Translations under genes and position numbers: made by a program
Notes under the pieces: generated by a model
Told to the model about the DNA's origin: nothing
The model's input: the letters and a program-made list of their open reading frames with translations, nothing else
Databases searched by the model: none
Assembly: GCA_965261005.1 (NCBI GenBank)
Contig: OZ253375.1
Coordinates: 192,001 to 256,000 of the forward strand
Origin: Deinococcus sp.
GTDB taxonomy: Bacteria; Deinococcota; Deinococci; Deinococcales; Deinococcaceae
Direction: 5' to 3'
Length of the DNA stretch: 64,000 bases
Part shown: positions 29,927-40,050 of the stretch, in pieces
Position numbering within the stretch: the stretch's first letter is position 1
How the letters are laid out: each line of letters starts with the position of its first letter

Positions 29927-30244
29927 TCAGCCGCCCTCAAGCCGCTTGGCGCCGCTTTGGGCCAGCGGTTCGGGCGCGAAGCCGGGGTGCGGGGACCGAA
30001 CCGGGAGACAGGTATGCCCGCTGGCCGAGGTGGAAACCCTTGGCGCCCCGACCGGCTCGCCCACCACGCCGGGACCGCCCGGCGGCGGCGTCGCGGCGCG
30101 CAGTTCCGGCAGCGGGGCGGGGGAGAGCGCGGCCTGGGCGCGCGAAGAAGTAGTCTCGTGCGCGCTCAGGCCCAAAAAAACGGCCAGTACCGAGAGCAGC
30201 GTCAGAATGTGCTGTCCCCAGAAGTGCTGACCGTCGTTCTTCAT
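29927..30244 (-). CDS. Leader ORF upstream of secDF: N-terminal TM, Pro-rich linker, RLEGG C-terminus; candidate arrest peptide
   Basis: ILTLLSVLAVFLGL TM; stop is 50 nt before the secDF GTG on the same strand. Confidence 0.6.
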   Translation of the reverse strand: MKNDGQHFWGQHILTLLSVLAVFLGLSAHETTSSRAQAALSPAPLPELRAATPPPGGPGVVGEPVGAPRVSTSASGHTCLPVRSPHPGFAPEPLAQSGAKRLEGG

Positions 30245-30294
30245 GCCAGTTTTACTTTAATGCAAACGCCTTGGCCGCCTTCCGCACTGAAAAA

Positions 30295-30543
30295 TCAAGC
30301 AGTCGGTTGACAGCCTTTTGGCTTCAAGACACGTCGCGTTGAGGGTGGGTACTTCGCCAACTTCTCTGCCGGGCGAATCGGACGGCGGGTGAACTCACCC
30401 CCGCAGTTCGGGCACCTGCCCTCCAAGATGCCCGCCGCGCAGTCCGCGCAAAAGGTGCATTCAAACGTGCAGATCATGGCCTCCGCCGAGTCGGGCGGCA
30501 AGTTCTTGTCGCAGCACTCGCAATTGGGTCGCAGTTCAAGCAT
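30295..30543 (-). CDS. DUF1272 family Cys-rich protein
   Basis: MLELRPNCECCD..ICTFECTFCADC..CPNCGGEF.RRPIR. Confidence 0.9.
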   Translation of the reverse strand: MLELRPNCECCDKNLPPDSAEAMICTFECTFCADCAAGILEGRCPNCGGEFTRRPIRPAEKLAKYPPSTRRVLKPKGCQPTA

Positions 30544-30569
30544 TTCCACTTCCCCGCCTTTCTTCTCGG

Positions 30570-32375
30570 TTACGCCGTGACCTCGACCGTCTCGCTGGCC
30601 TCGATCAGGTCGCCCTCCTGCACATCGTTCCAATCGAGGTTGATGCCGCACTCGTAGCCGGTCTGTACCTCGCGCACGTCGTCCTTGAAGCGCTTGAGGC
30701 CGACGATGATTCCTTCGTAGACGGTCTGCTTGCCGCGCGTGACCTTGGCCCTCGACCCCCGGCGCAGCAGGCCGTCCTGCACGTAGGAGCCGGCGACCAC
30801 GCCCGCCCTGGGGTGGCGGATGACCATGCGGACCTCTGCGCGGCCCAGGTAGCGCTGCTCGAAGACCGGCTCACGGGTGCCCCTCAGCAGGCGGTCCACC
30901 TCGTCAATCAGCTCGTAGATGATGCGGTAGGACTTCATCTCGACGCCGCGTCCGTCGGCCACCTTTTTGACGCCGCCCGAGGGCACCACCGAGAAGCACA
31001 GGATGGTCGCGCCGGCCGTCGAGGCCAGCAGCACGTCCCCCTCGGTGGGGGCGCCGATGCCCGAGAGCATCACGTTGATGGTGACCTCGTCGCTCTGCTT
31101 GCGCGCCAGAATGCCCTGAATGGCCTCCAGCGACCCCTGGGTGTCGGCGCGCAGGATCACGTTGATCTCGCGCACCTCGCCGCCCTCGCCCATCATCTCT
31201 TCCAGGGTCATGCGGCGCTTTTCCTGGGCAGTTTCACCGTCGCGCCGTTCTTGGACGCGCGAGGCGATGCGCTCGCGGGCCTCGTGCTCACTTTTCGCGG
31301 CGCTCACCTGATCGCCGGCGGTGGGGGCCTCGCCGAAGCCCAGCACCTGCACGGCGTCGCTGGGGCCGGCCTGCTTGATCCGCCCGCCGGCCGTGTCGGT
31401 CAGGGCCTTGACCTTGCCGTAGGTCTCGCCGACCACCAGGTAGTCGCCCACGCCCAAAGTCCCCTGCTGCACGATCACGCTGGTCAGCACGCCCGCCTGC
31501 TTGTCCACCTTGCTCTCGATCACGACGCCCGAGAGGTCCCCTTTCGGGTCGGCGCGCAGGTCCTCCAGCTCGGCGACCAGCGAGATCATCTCCAGCAGGT
31601 CGTCCACCCCCTGCCCGCTTCTGGCGGACACCGGCACCGTGATGGTGTCGCCGCCGAAGTCCTCGGGGACCAGGTTCAGCTGAATCAGGTCCTGCTTGAC
31701 CTTGTCGGGGTTGGCGCTCGGCAGGTCCACCTTGTTGATCGCTACGATCATCGGGACCTTGGCGGCTTGGGCGTGCGCCACCGCCTCGCGCGTTTGCGGC
31801 ATCACCGAGTCGTCGGCCGCCACCACGATAATGGCGATGTCGGCGACGTTGGCCCCGCGCGCCCGGATGCTGGTAAAGGCCTCGTGGCCCGGCGTGTCGA
31901 TGAAGACGACCTTCCCCTTGGCCGTCTGCGCCTCAAAGGCGCCCACGTGCTGGGTGATGCCGCCGGCCTCCTTGTCGGCCACCTTGGTCTTGCGGATGTA
32001 GTCGAGCAAGCTGGTCTTGCCGTGATCCACGTGGCCCATAATGGTCACGACTGGGGCGCGGTGGGGCAGTTCTGGGGTGTGCTCAAGAGGAGCGCGCTCG
32101 GCGGTGGCCGTCGCCGCTGCCTGCGCCGCTTGGGTCTGGGTCTGGCCGGCTTGGGCGATTTCGGTCTGGGCGGTGTCGCTTTGGGCTTGGGCCGCCGGCT
32201 TGCTTCCCCCGCCTTGCTCCTCCGCGACAATGGCCTTGACGGCCTCGACGGTGTCCTCGTCAAGGGTGGACGAGGCGGACTTGTAGCTCACCCCGAGGTC
32301 GTTCAAGATTTCGAGCATTCTGGCGCTCTCGACGCCAAGGTCCTTGGCGAGGGAGTAAATTCGTACTTTTGACAT
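30570..32375 (-). CDS. infB: Translation initiation factor IF-2
   Basis: [31 protein letters not shown]. Confidence 0.97.
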   Translation of the reverse strand: MSKVRIYSLAKDLGVESARMLEILNDLGVSYKSASSTLDEDTVEAVKAIVAEEQGGGSKPAAQAQSDTAQTEIAQAGQTQTQAAQAAATATAERAPLEHTPELPHRAPVVTIMGHVDHGKTSLLDYIRKTKVADKEAGGITQHVGAFEAQTAKGKVVFIDTPGHEAFTSIRARGANVADIAIIVVAADDSVMPQTREAVAHAQAAKVPMIVAINKVDLPSANPDKVKQDLIQLNLVPEDFGGDTITVPVSARSGQGVDDLLEMISLVAELEDLRADPKGDLSGVVIESKVDKQAGVLTSVIVQQGTLGVGDYLVVGETYGKVKALTDTAGGRIKQAGPSDAVQVLGFGEAPTAGDQVSAAKSEHEARERIASRVQERRDGETAQEKRRMTLEEMMGEGGEVREINVILRADTQGSLEAIQGILARKQSDEVTINVMLSGIGAPTEGDVLLASTAGATILCFSVVPSGGVKKVADGRGVEMKSYRIIYELIDEVDRLLRGTREPVFEQRYLGRAEVRMVIRHPRAGVVAGSYVQDGLLRRGSRAKVTRGKQTVYEGIIVGLKRFKDDVREVQTGYECGINLDWNDVQEGDLIEASETVEVTA

Positions 32376-32408
32376 GTGTTCCTCCGTGGCTGGCGCCCCA
32401 AGGGGCGC

Positions 32409-32663
32409 TTAGTTTGAACGGCTCATATTCGCTTTCTGTTGGTCTTGCAGTTCGGTGCTCACCTGCTGCGCCGAGCCGCCCAGCCGCTTCAGGCGCTTTT
32501 CCGCCCAGCACCCGGGCGTGTCCGCGCAGACGTAGGCGCCGCGTCCCGTGCGCGCCCCCGACAGCGCCCGCCACCCCTGCGGCGTGCGGGTCAGGCGCAC
32601 AAACTCCCCTTGCGGGCGTTTGCGGCGGCAAGCCACGCAGGTGCGCTCGGGGACGTGCGGCAT
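32409..32663 (-). CDS. ylxR: YlxR/RnpM family RNA-binding protein
   Basis: PERTCVACR..GRGAYVC; located between nusA and infB. Confidence 0.9.
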   Translation of the reverse strand: MPHVPERTCVACRRKRPQGEFVRLTRTPQGWRALSGARTGRGAYVCADTPGCWAEKRLKRLGGSAQQVSTELQDQQKANMSRSN

Positions 32664-32666
32664 AGG

Positions 32667-33860
<1,194 letters not shown>

Positions 33861-33880
33861 CTCACGTCCTCTCTGAAAGT

Positions 33881-33918
33881 ACCCCTCACCCCGGCCCTCT
33901 CGCGCAAGGGGAGAGGAA
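33881..33918. repeat. GC-rich palindromic REP-like element
   Basis: CCCCTCACCCCGGCCCTCTCGCGCAAGGGGAGAGG; related to 27560-27620. Confidence 0.6.
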
Positions 33919-33931
33919 GAAGGCCAATCCC

Positions 33932-34378
33932 TCACCTGTGTTCGGGCGGAAACTCGGCCAAGTTGGCCTGGAACTCACCCAGGTGCAGGGTGACGCTTTC
34001 GCCGTCCAGGTCAAAGGTCACCTGCTCGCCGTCCACGCCATGAATCGGGGCCGTGAAGCTGCGCCCCGGCGCGCGCACCTTTGCCTTCAGACCCAGCATG
34101 CGCTCGAAGTGCCGCCCCCGGAGGAGGGGCCGCTTGCTCCCCGGCGACTCCAGTTCCAGGCGGTACTCGCCCGGAATCGGGTCAAGCCGGTCGAGGTCCG
34201 CCGACAAGGTCTCGCTGGCGCCCTGCAAGTCCGCGACGGTCACGGGCTGCTCGTCGAGCCGGTCGATGCGGATGAGCAGCGTGGGCCGCTTGCCCGGATT
34301 CTGAAGCTGCACTTCCAGTACCTCCAAACCCAGCGGCGCCAAGGCTTGCGCGGCGATCTGTTCCAAATTGTGCGTCAT
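33932..34378 (-). CDS. rimP: Ribosome maturation factor RimP
   Basis: LLIRID, DPIPGEYRLELESPG..RPL; first gene of the nusA operon. Confidence 0.92.
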   Translation of the reverse strand: MTHNLEQIAAQALAPLGLEVLEVQLQNPGKRPTLLIRIDRLDEQPVTVADLQGASETLSADLDRLDPIPGEYRLELESPGSKRPLLRGRHFERMLGLKAKVRAPGRSFTAPIHGVDGEQVTFDLDGESVTLHLGEFQANLAEFPPEHR

Positions 34379-34484
34379 AGGCTGGGGCGCGCGGATGTCT
34401 CCCGCGTGGCCCGTCCTCACCCCCTTCAATTCCCCCGTGAAGCTTCGGGCCGTACCCGGCTTCACGACCCGAACCTCACAAAGC

Positions 34485-34508
34485 GGGGGTGGGCACCCGC
34501 CCACCCCC
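34485..34508 (-). promoter_or_regulatory. rimP-leader-type hairpin
   Basis: Minus strand GGGGGTGGGC-GGGT-GCCCACCCCC, just downstream of a TATATT -10. Confidence 0.55.
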
Positions 34509-34578
34509 CAGTTCGAGGAACTGCTTCATAAATATAGCTCAAAGCCGCGCGCCGAGCGAGAGCCGGGCACGTTTTACC

Positions 34579-35166
34579 CTAGCGGTGCGCCTCGATCACG
34601 ATGGCGCCCTCTTGCAGCCGGGCGATCTCGGCCGCGCCCTCGGCGATTTTGCGCATGCCGTGCATGGCGTTGTCCTGCGGCGTGCGCGCCATGGCGTCGC
34701 CGAGGCGAATCTGCGGCGAGGCGATGGGCCGCGCCCACACGATGGCGCCCTCGTTGCCGCCCGCGCCCGCGTGGACCACGCCGCGCAGGGCGCCCATCAC
34801 GATCACGTCGCCGCCAGCCACGATCTCGGCGCCGGGGTTCACGTCGCCCAGGATGACCACGCTGCCCTTGTACTCGCCGCGAAAGCCGGCGCGCACACTG
34901 TGCGGCACGATCACGGTGCGGGCCTCGTCGCCGCCGGGCAAGCTGGGGCGCTCGCCGCGCACGTAGCGCACCTCGCCGCTCGCCGCCCGGATCCCTTGCA
35001 CGGCCGCCTCGAAGACCTCCGCCCCGACTTGCTCAGCCACTTGCAGGGTGACGACGTTTTCCATCAGCAGCTCGCGCTTGCTGAGCAATCCCTGCTCCAC
35101 GCTGGGCGCCGTGTCGCCCGGCTCGATCAGCAGGTTCAGGCCGCCCAGCGTGCCGCGCAGTTTCAC
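34579..35166 (-). CDS. minC: Septum site-determining protein MinC
   Basis: VVILGDVNPGAEIVAGGDVIVMGALRGVVHAG; GTG 7 nt after TACAGT. Confidence 0.92.
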   Translation of the reverse strand: MKLRGTLGGLNLLIEPGDTAPSVEQGLLSKRELLMENVVTLQVAEQVGAEVFEAAVQGIRAASGEVRYVRGERPSLPGGDEARTVIVPHSVRAGFRGEYKGSVVILGDVNPGAEIVAGGDVIVMGALRGVVHAGAGGNEGAIVWARPIASPQIRLGDAMARTPQDNAMHGMRKIAEGAAEIARLQEGAIVIEAHR

Positions 35167-35269
35167 AATGCTCACTGTAGCAGCCCTGCCCGCGCCGCGC
35201 CAAAGGGGCGCCTTTTCGGCGGCGATGGTGTAGCATGGTTCGGTATGCAAAACAGGGAGACGTTTCTTG

Positions 35270-35647
35270 GTGCAGCTTGATTCCGGCGCGGTGGTCGAGG
35301 GCAAGGTCACGCGGCTGACCGACTTCGGCGCCTTTATTCAGTTCGAGAACGGCGAGACCGGCTTGGTCCACATCTCGCAGATCGCGCACAGCTTCGTGCG
35401 CTCGGTCGCCGAACACCTTCAGGAAGGCCAGATGGTCGAGGTCAAGGTGCTCGGCCGCGACGAAAAGGGCCGCCTCGACCTTTCGATCAAAGAACTGCTG
35501 GAGGAGCCGGAGGAGATTCCGCGCCCGCGCGCCATCGGGCGGCAATCTCCGCAGTTCGAGAACAAGCTGCGCTCCTTTATGCGCGACGCCAAGGAGCGCA
35601 CCGGCGGCGGCGACAAAAAGGGCGGCAAGAAGGGCAGCCGGAAGTAG
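35270..35647 (+). CDS. S1 RNA-binding domain protein (YabR/YugI-like)
   Basis: VEGKVTRLTDFGAFIQF..GLVHISQIA; FENKLRSFM. Confidence 0.88.
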   Translation: MQLDSGAVVEGKVTRLTDFGAFIQFENGETGLVHISQIAHSFVRSVAEHLQEGQMVEVKVLGRDEKGRLDLSIKELLEEPEEIPRPRAIGRQSPQFENKLRSFMRDAKERTGGGDKKGGKKGSRK

Positions 35648-35659
35648 GCCCGCGAGAAG

Positions 35660-35693
35660 GGTGGGAAGGTGCTTCGGCGCCTTCCCACCTTTT

Positions 35694-35695
<2 letters not shown>
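35660..35695 (+). terminator. Intrinsic terminator
   Basis: GGTGGGAAGGTGC-TTCG-GCGCCTTCCCACC plus T run. Confidence 0.8.
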
Positions 35696-36239
<544 letters not shown>

Positions 36240-36293
36240 GGGCGAATGCTACACCGCCCGGCCCTGTGCGGGACGGCGCTTTATACTTCACGC

Positions 36294-37061
36294 ATGCCGT
36301 TATCAGCCGTGCCAGGGGTTCTCGGCCGGATCGTGCGCGAGCGGCAGGCGGATTACCAAGGCGCCGTCTTCGTGCCCGCGCCGCGTCCGCGCCATCGCCG
36401 CTTTCTTGAGGCCCTCTCTGCCCCCGGCCTCTCCCTGATCGCCGAGGTCAAGGGCGCCAGTCCCAGCCAAGGATTTATCGCCGCCCTCGATCCCGCACAG
36501 GCGGCCCTCGCCTACGCGCGCGGCGGGGCCGCCGCCGTGTCGGTCCTGACCGAGCCGCGCCACTTCGGCGGCTCTGAGGAGGCTCTGACTCAGGTGGTCA
36601 CGGTCTCGCCCGTGCCCGCCCTGCGCAAGGACTTCGTGGTCCACCCTGCCATGCTGGCCGAGGCGGCGGCTTGGGGCGCCTCGGCGGCCTTACTCATGGT
36701 GTCGGTGCTGGGCGGGGAGACCGGCGAGTATCTGCGGACGGTGCACGACCTCGGCCTCGACGCCTTGGTGGAGGTCCACGACGAGCGCGAGCTGGATGTG
36801 GCTTTGGAGGCCGGCGCCGAAATTGTCGGCGTGAACAACCGCGATTTGACCACGCTTCAGATTGACCTCGCCACCGCGCCGCGCCTGCTGCGGCTCGCCC
36901 GCGAGCGCGGCTTCGCCGGCGTTCTGGTCGCCGAGAGCGGCTACCGACGGGCGGCGGATTTGTTGAACGTCCGCGACCTCGCCGACGCGGTGCTGGTCGG
37001 CAGCGCGCTGGCGGCCTCGGGCGACCTCACGCGGGCGGCGCGGGACATGCTCGGTGCCTGA
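36294..37061 (+). CDS. trpC: Indole-3-glycerol phosphate synthase
   Basis: [43 protein letters not shown] 6 nt after TATACT. Confidence 0.94.
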   Translation: MPLSAVPGVLGRIVRERQADYQGAVFVPAPRPRHRRFLEALSAPGLSLIAEVKGASPSQGFIAALDPAQAALAYARGGAAAVSVLTEPRHFGGSEEALTQVVTVSPVPALRKDFVVHPAMLAEAAAWGASAALLMVSVLGGETGEYLRTVHDLGLDALVEVHDERELDVALEAGAEIVGVNNRDLTTLQIDLATAPRLLRLARERGFAGVLVAESGYRRAADLLNVRDLADAVLVGSALAASGDLTRAARDMLGA

Positions 37062-37070
37062 GTTCGCTGC

Positions 37071-37919
37071 GTGAGCGCGCCGCCTGACCGCCGTCCGGCG
37101 TGGCGCCGGAAGCTGGGCGACGTCATCTTCGGCTTGGAGACGCCCGCCGCCCGCCTGTATGACGTCGCCCTGATCTGGCTGATCCTCGCCAGCGTGGCCG
37201 CCGTGATGCTCGAAACCGTGCCGAGCGTAAACCGCGCGTTCGGGCCGCTGCTGCGCGATGTGGAGTGGGCCTTTACGGCCATCTTCACCCTCGACTACGC
37301 GCTCAGACTGCTGGGCGCCCGCCGGCCCCGGCGCTACGCGGGCAGCTTTTACGGCGTGGTGGACTTGCTCTCGATTCTGCCGTCGTACCTCAGCCTGTTT
37401 CTGGTGGGGGGCCAGTATTTGCTGATCATCCGGGCGTTGCGCCTGCTGCGCATGTTCCGGGTGTTCAAGCTGCTGCGCTACCTGTCCGAGGCCAACGTTC
37501 TCGGCGAGGCGCTGCGCGAGAGCCAAGCCAAGATCACGGTCTTTTTTCTCTCGGTGCTGACCCTGGTCACCATTTTCGGCACGCTGCTGTATCTGATCGA
37601 GGGACCGGATAACGGCTTCACGTCCATTCCCCTGAGCATCTACTGGGCGGTCGTGACCATTGCCACCGTGGGCTACGGCGACATCGTGCCACAAACCGGC
37701 CTCGGCAAGTTCGTGGCGACCATTGCTATGCTGCTGGGCTACGCCATTATCGCCGTCCCGACCGGCATCGTGACCGTCAGCCTCACGCAGGTCCAGCGCC
37801 GCCGCGAGGACCGCACCTGTAGGAACTGCGGCCTGCACGGCCACGACGCCGACGCCCAGCATTGCAAGCGCTGTGGCGTAGAGCTGCCGCCCCAAGTAGA
37901 GGCGCCTGCAACGGCGTAG
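37071..37919 (+). CDS. Voltage-gated K+ channel-like ion transporter
   Basis: S4 helix RALRLLRMFRVFKL; TVGYGD filter; C-terminal CxxC..CxxC. Confidence 0.92.
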   Translation: MSAPPDRRPAWRRKLGDVIFGLETPAARLYDVALIWLILASVAAVMLETVPSVNRAFGPLLRDVEWAFTAIFTLDYALRLLGARRPRRYAGSFYGVVDLLSILPSYLSLFLVGGQYLLIIRALRLLRMFRVFKLLRYLSEANVLGEALRESQAKITVFFLSVLTLVTIFGTLLYLIEGPDNGFTSIPLSIYWAVVTIATVGYGDIVPQTGLGKFVATIAMLLGYAIIAVPTGIVTVSLTQVQRRREDRTCRNCGLHGHDADAQHCKRCGVELPPQVEAPATA

Positions 37920-37922
37920 CGC

Positions 37923-38705
37923 TCAAACCCGCCGGCGCCACATCAAGAGAATCAGAATCAGCGTGAAGGCGCTCAGGCTCAGCACCGGAATGGTGAACAC
38001 GCCCAGGTAGTTGACCCACTCGGTCGTGCAGGACACGCCGCCCACGACGCTACAGGTGCCCAGCGGCGCGAAGCCGAACTTCTCCTCGGCGACATGGTAC
38101 ACCGCGACCAGCCAGCCTGCACCGGCCAGCGGCAGCGCGAAGCGCCGCACGGCCTCCTGACCGCGCCACGCGCCCAGGCCCAGAAGCAGCGCCAGCGGAT
38201 ACATGGCGCTGCGCTGATACCAGCAGAGGGTGCAGGGGACGAAGTGCCGCACCTCGCTGAAGTAAAGGCTGCCCAGCGTGGCGATCAGGGCGACGGCGGC
38301 GGCGGCCAGCAGACCGGGGGAGGGCGCGGCGCGCGTGACCAGGGTTCTCGGGATGGCCCACACCAAGCCGAACGCGATCAGGTTGGCGATGAGCGCCACG
38401 GCCGCGTACAGGCCCTGGTACGGCACCAAGTCGGCGTTGGGGGTGCCCAGGATGACGCGCAGGGCGGCCAAAACACTCCCGATTCCCAGCACTGAGAGGG
38501 CGTAAGGGCGCACCCGCGCGTCGCCCAGGTACGCCGCCACGCCCAGCACCACCGCCAGGCTCGCCAGCGGCATCACCGCGAACCAGGCCAGCTTGTCGGG
38601 CACGGCGCCGAGAAAGTAGAGGCCCACGGTCGCCAGCGTGACGGCCAGCCAGGCCAGGTACAGCGCGGTGCTGGACTGGGTGGCGCCTTCCTGAAGCGTG
38701 CTCAC
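37923..38705 (-). CDS. Disulfide bond formation protein, DsbB/BdbC-like
   Basis: GSLYFSEV..PCTLCWYQR; second Cys pair; multi-TM. Confidence 0.88.
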   Translation of the reverse strand: MSTLQEGATQSSTALYLAWLAVTLATVGLYFLGAVPDKLAWFAVMPLASLAVVLGVAAYLGDARVRPYALSVLGIGSVLAALRVILGTPNADLVPYQGLYAAVALIANLIAFGLVWAIPRTLVTRAAPSPGLLAAAAVALIATLGSLYFSEVRHFVPCTLCWYQRSAMYPLALLLGLGAWRGQEAVRRFALPLAGAGWLVAVYHVAEEKFGFAPLGTCSVVGGVSCTTEWVNYLGVFTIPVLSLSAFTLILILLMWRRRV

Positions 38706-39367
38706 TTCAGGGCGGCGTCAATGGCGGCGGAGAGGCTTGGGTAATCGGGACTCTCGACTCGCTGGCCGTTTACAAAGACGTTGGGCGTGCTGTTGACGCC
38801 CGCCTTCATGCCAACGGCTCGGTCTGCGTCCACGCGGGCGCGGGTGTCGTTGCCATTCAGACAGGTTCCCAGCTTATTTGTGTCAATCCCATCCACCAAT
38901 CCGGCCAGTTCGGTCAGGTAGGCTGGCGTGGCCCAAGTGGTGGTTTCATCCTTTTGGCCGCGAAATAAAACGTCCTTGTAGCGCCAAAACAAGTCAGGGC
39001 TTTGGGTATACACGCACTCTGCCGCTACGGCAGCGGTGTAGGAGTCTTCGCCCAACGGCAAGGGAAAGTTGAAAAAGGCGTAGCGGATCTTGCCCGTGTC
39101 AATGTAGTTCTGCTTGACTTGTGGGAAAACGGTCTCGTCATAGCGCTTGCAGTTGGGACACTTGAAGTCTTCGAAAGTCACAACCGTCACCTTGGCGCCC
39201 GCCGGCCCCACAGTTGGTCGCCCTGTCAAATCAAAGGTGGTCGCGCTCGCGGACACGGTGTTCACCCGGTTGCGCTGCCACACGGCCAGGGCGATCACGG
39301 CGATGACCAGCACGGCGATGGTGATGGGCACCAGCAGGTTGTTGCGTTTGGGATTGAGCCTTGTCAT
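38702..39367 (-). CDS. DsbA/BdbD family thiol-disulfide oxidoreductase
   Basis: N-terminal TM; FEDFKCPNCK; GVNSTPNVFVNG. Confidence 0.9.
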   Translation of the reverse strand: MTRLNPKRNNLLVPITIAVLVIAVIALAVWQRNRVNTVSASATTFDLTGRPTVGPAGAKVTVVTFEDFKCPNCKRYDETVFPQVKQNYIDTGKIRYAFFNFPLPLGEDSYTAAVAAECVYTQSPDLFWRYKDVLFRGQKDETTTWATPAYLTELAGLVDGIDTNKLGTCLNGNDTRARVDADRAVGMKAGVNSTPNVFVNGQRVESPDYPSLSAAIDAALK

Positions 39368-39398
39368 GTCACCTCATCTTAACGAAAAGCGTGTGAGC

Positions 39399-39917
39399 TT
39401 AAGCCGTCACGTTGCGGCGCGCGGCGAACCAAAGTACCCGTCTCAGCAGCGACAGCAGGACGCCCAGCACGGCGGGCCACGCCGCCCAGGTCAGGAAAGT
39501 CGCGCTTTCCGGCAGCGTGACGGTGGCGTCGAGCCGGTGGCCGAACGAGCGCGCCAAAACAATCGGGGCGGCGTAGGCCAGCAGCGAGAGCGGCAAGCCA
39601 ATCAGGCCGCCCGCGTGCTTGACCAGCAGCAGCGCGATCAGGGCGGACAGGATCAGCGGGTAGACCACGGTCCACTCCGGCGGGGCGGGCACGGCGCTGT
39701 ACCGCTCACCCAGCAGCGGCGTCAAGAACGGCGCCCCGCCCGCCAGCGCGCCCACGTAGCCGAACCAGCCACCCACCTCGTCGAGCAGCAGCGTCAGCAG
39801 CACCCACAGCCCCAGCTTTTGCCACCACGGGAAGTCGCTGAGCAGCGCCAGCACCATGACGGCCAGCAGCAGCAGCCCCAGCAGCCAGGCCAGCAGGGCG
39901 CGCCGCGATTCGGTCAT
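39399..39917 (-). CDS. Hypothetical multi-TM membrane protein
   Basis: Hydrophobic ORF with GC-rich codon bias, co-oriented with uvrA and dsbA. Confidence 0.7.
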   Translation of the reverse strand: MTESRRALLAWLLGLLLLAVMVLALLSDFPWWQKLGLWVLLTLLLDEVGGWFGYVGALAGGAPFLTPLLGERYSAVPAPPEWTVVYPLILSALIALLLVKHAGGLIGLPLSLLAYAAPIVLARSFGHRLDATVTLPESATFLTWAAWPAVLGVLLSLLRRVLWFAARRNVTA

Positions 39918-40048
39918 ATCAATTCCGATTGAATCCTGCGCTCTTCAGGATTCAATCCGAGTGGAACGAGCAGGAACAAGAGGGGAATTCCGGGCGTGAA
40001 GTGGGGCATGGGTGCCTTCCCCGTGCTCCACGAAGCAGACGGAATGCC
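39916..40048. repeat. Degenerate Deinococcus SRE-type repeat (MITE-like)
   Basis: ATTCCG..hairpin GATTGAATCCTG/CAGGATTCAATC..CGGAAT; same layout as 63213-63347. Confidence 0.7.
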
Positions 40049-40050
40049 CC

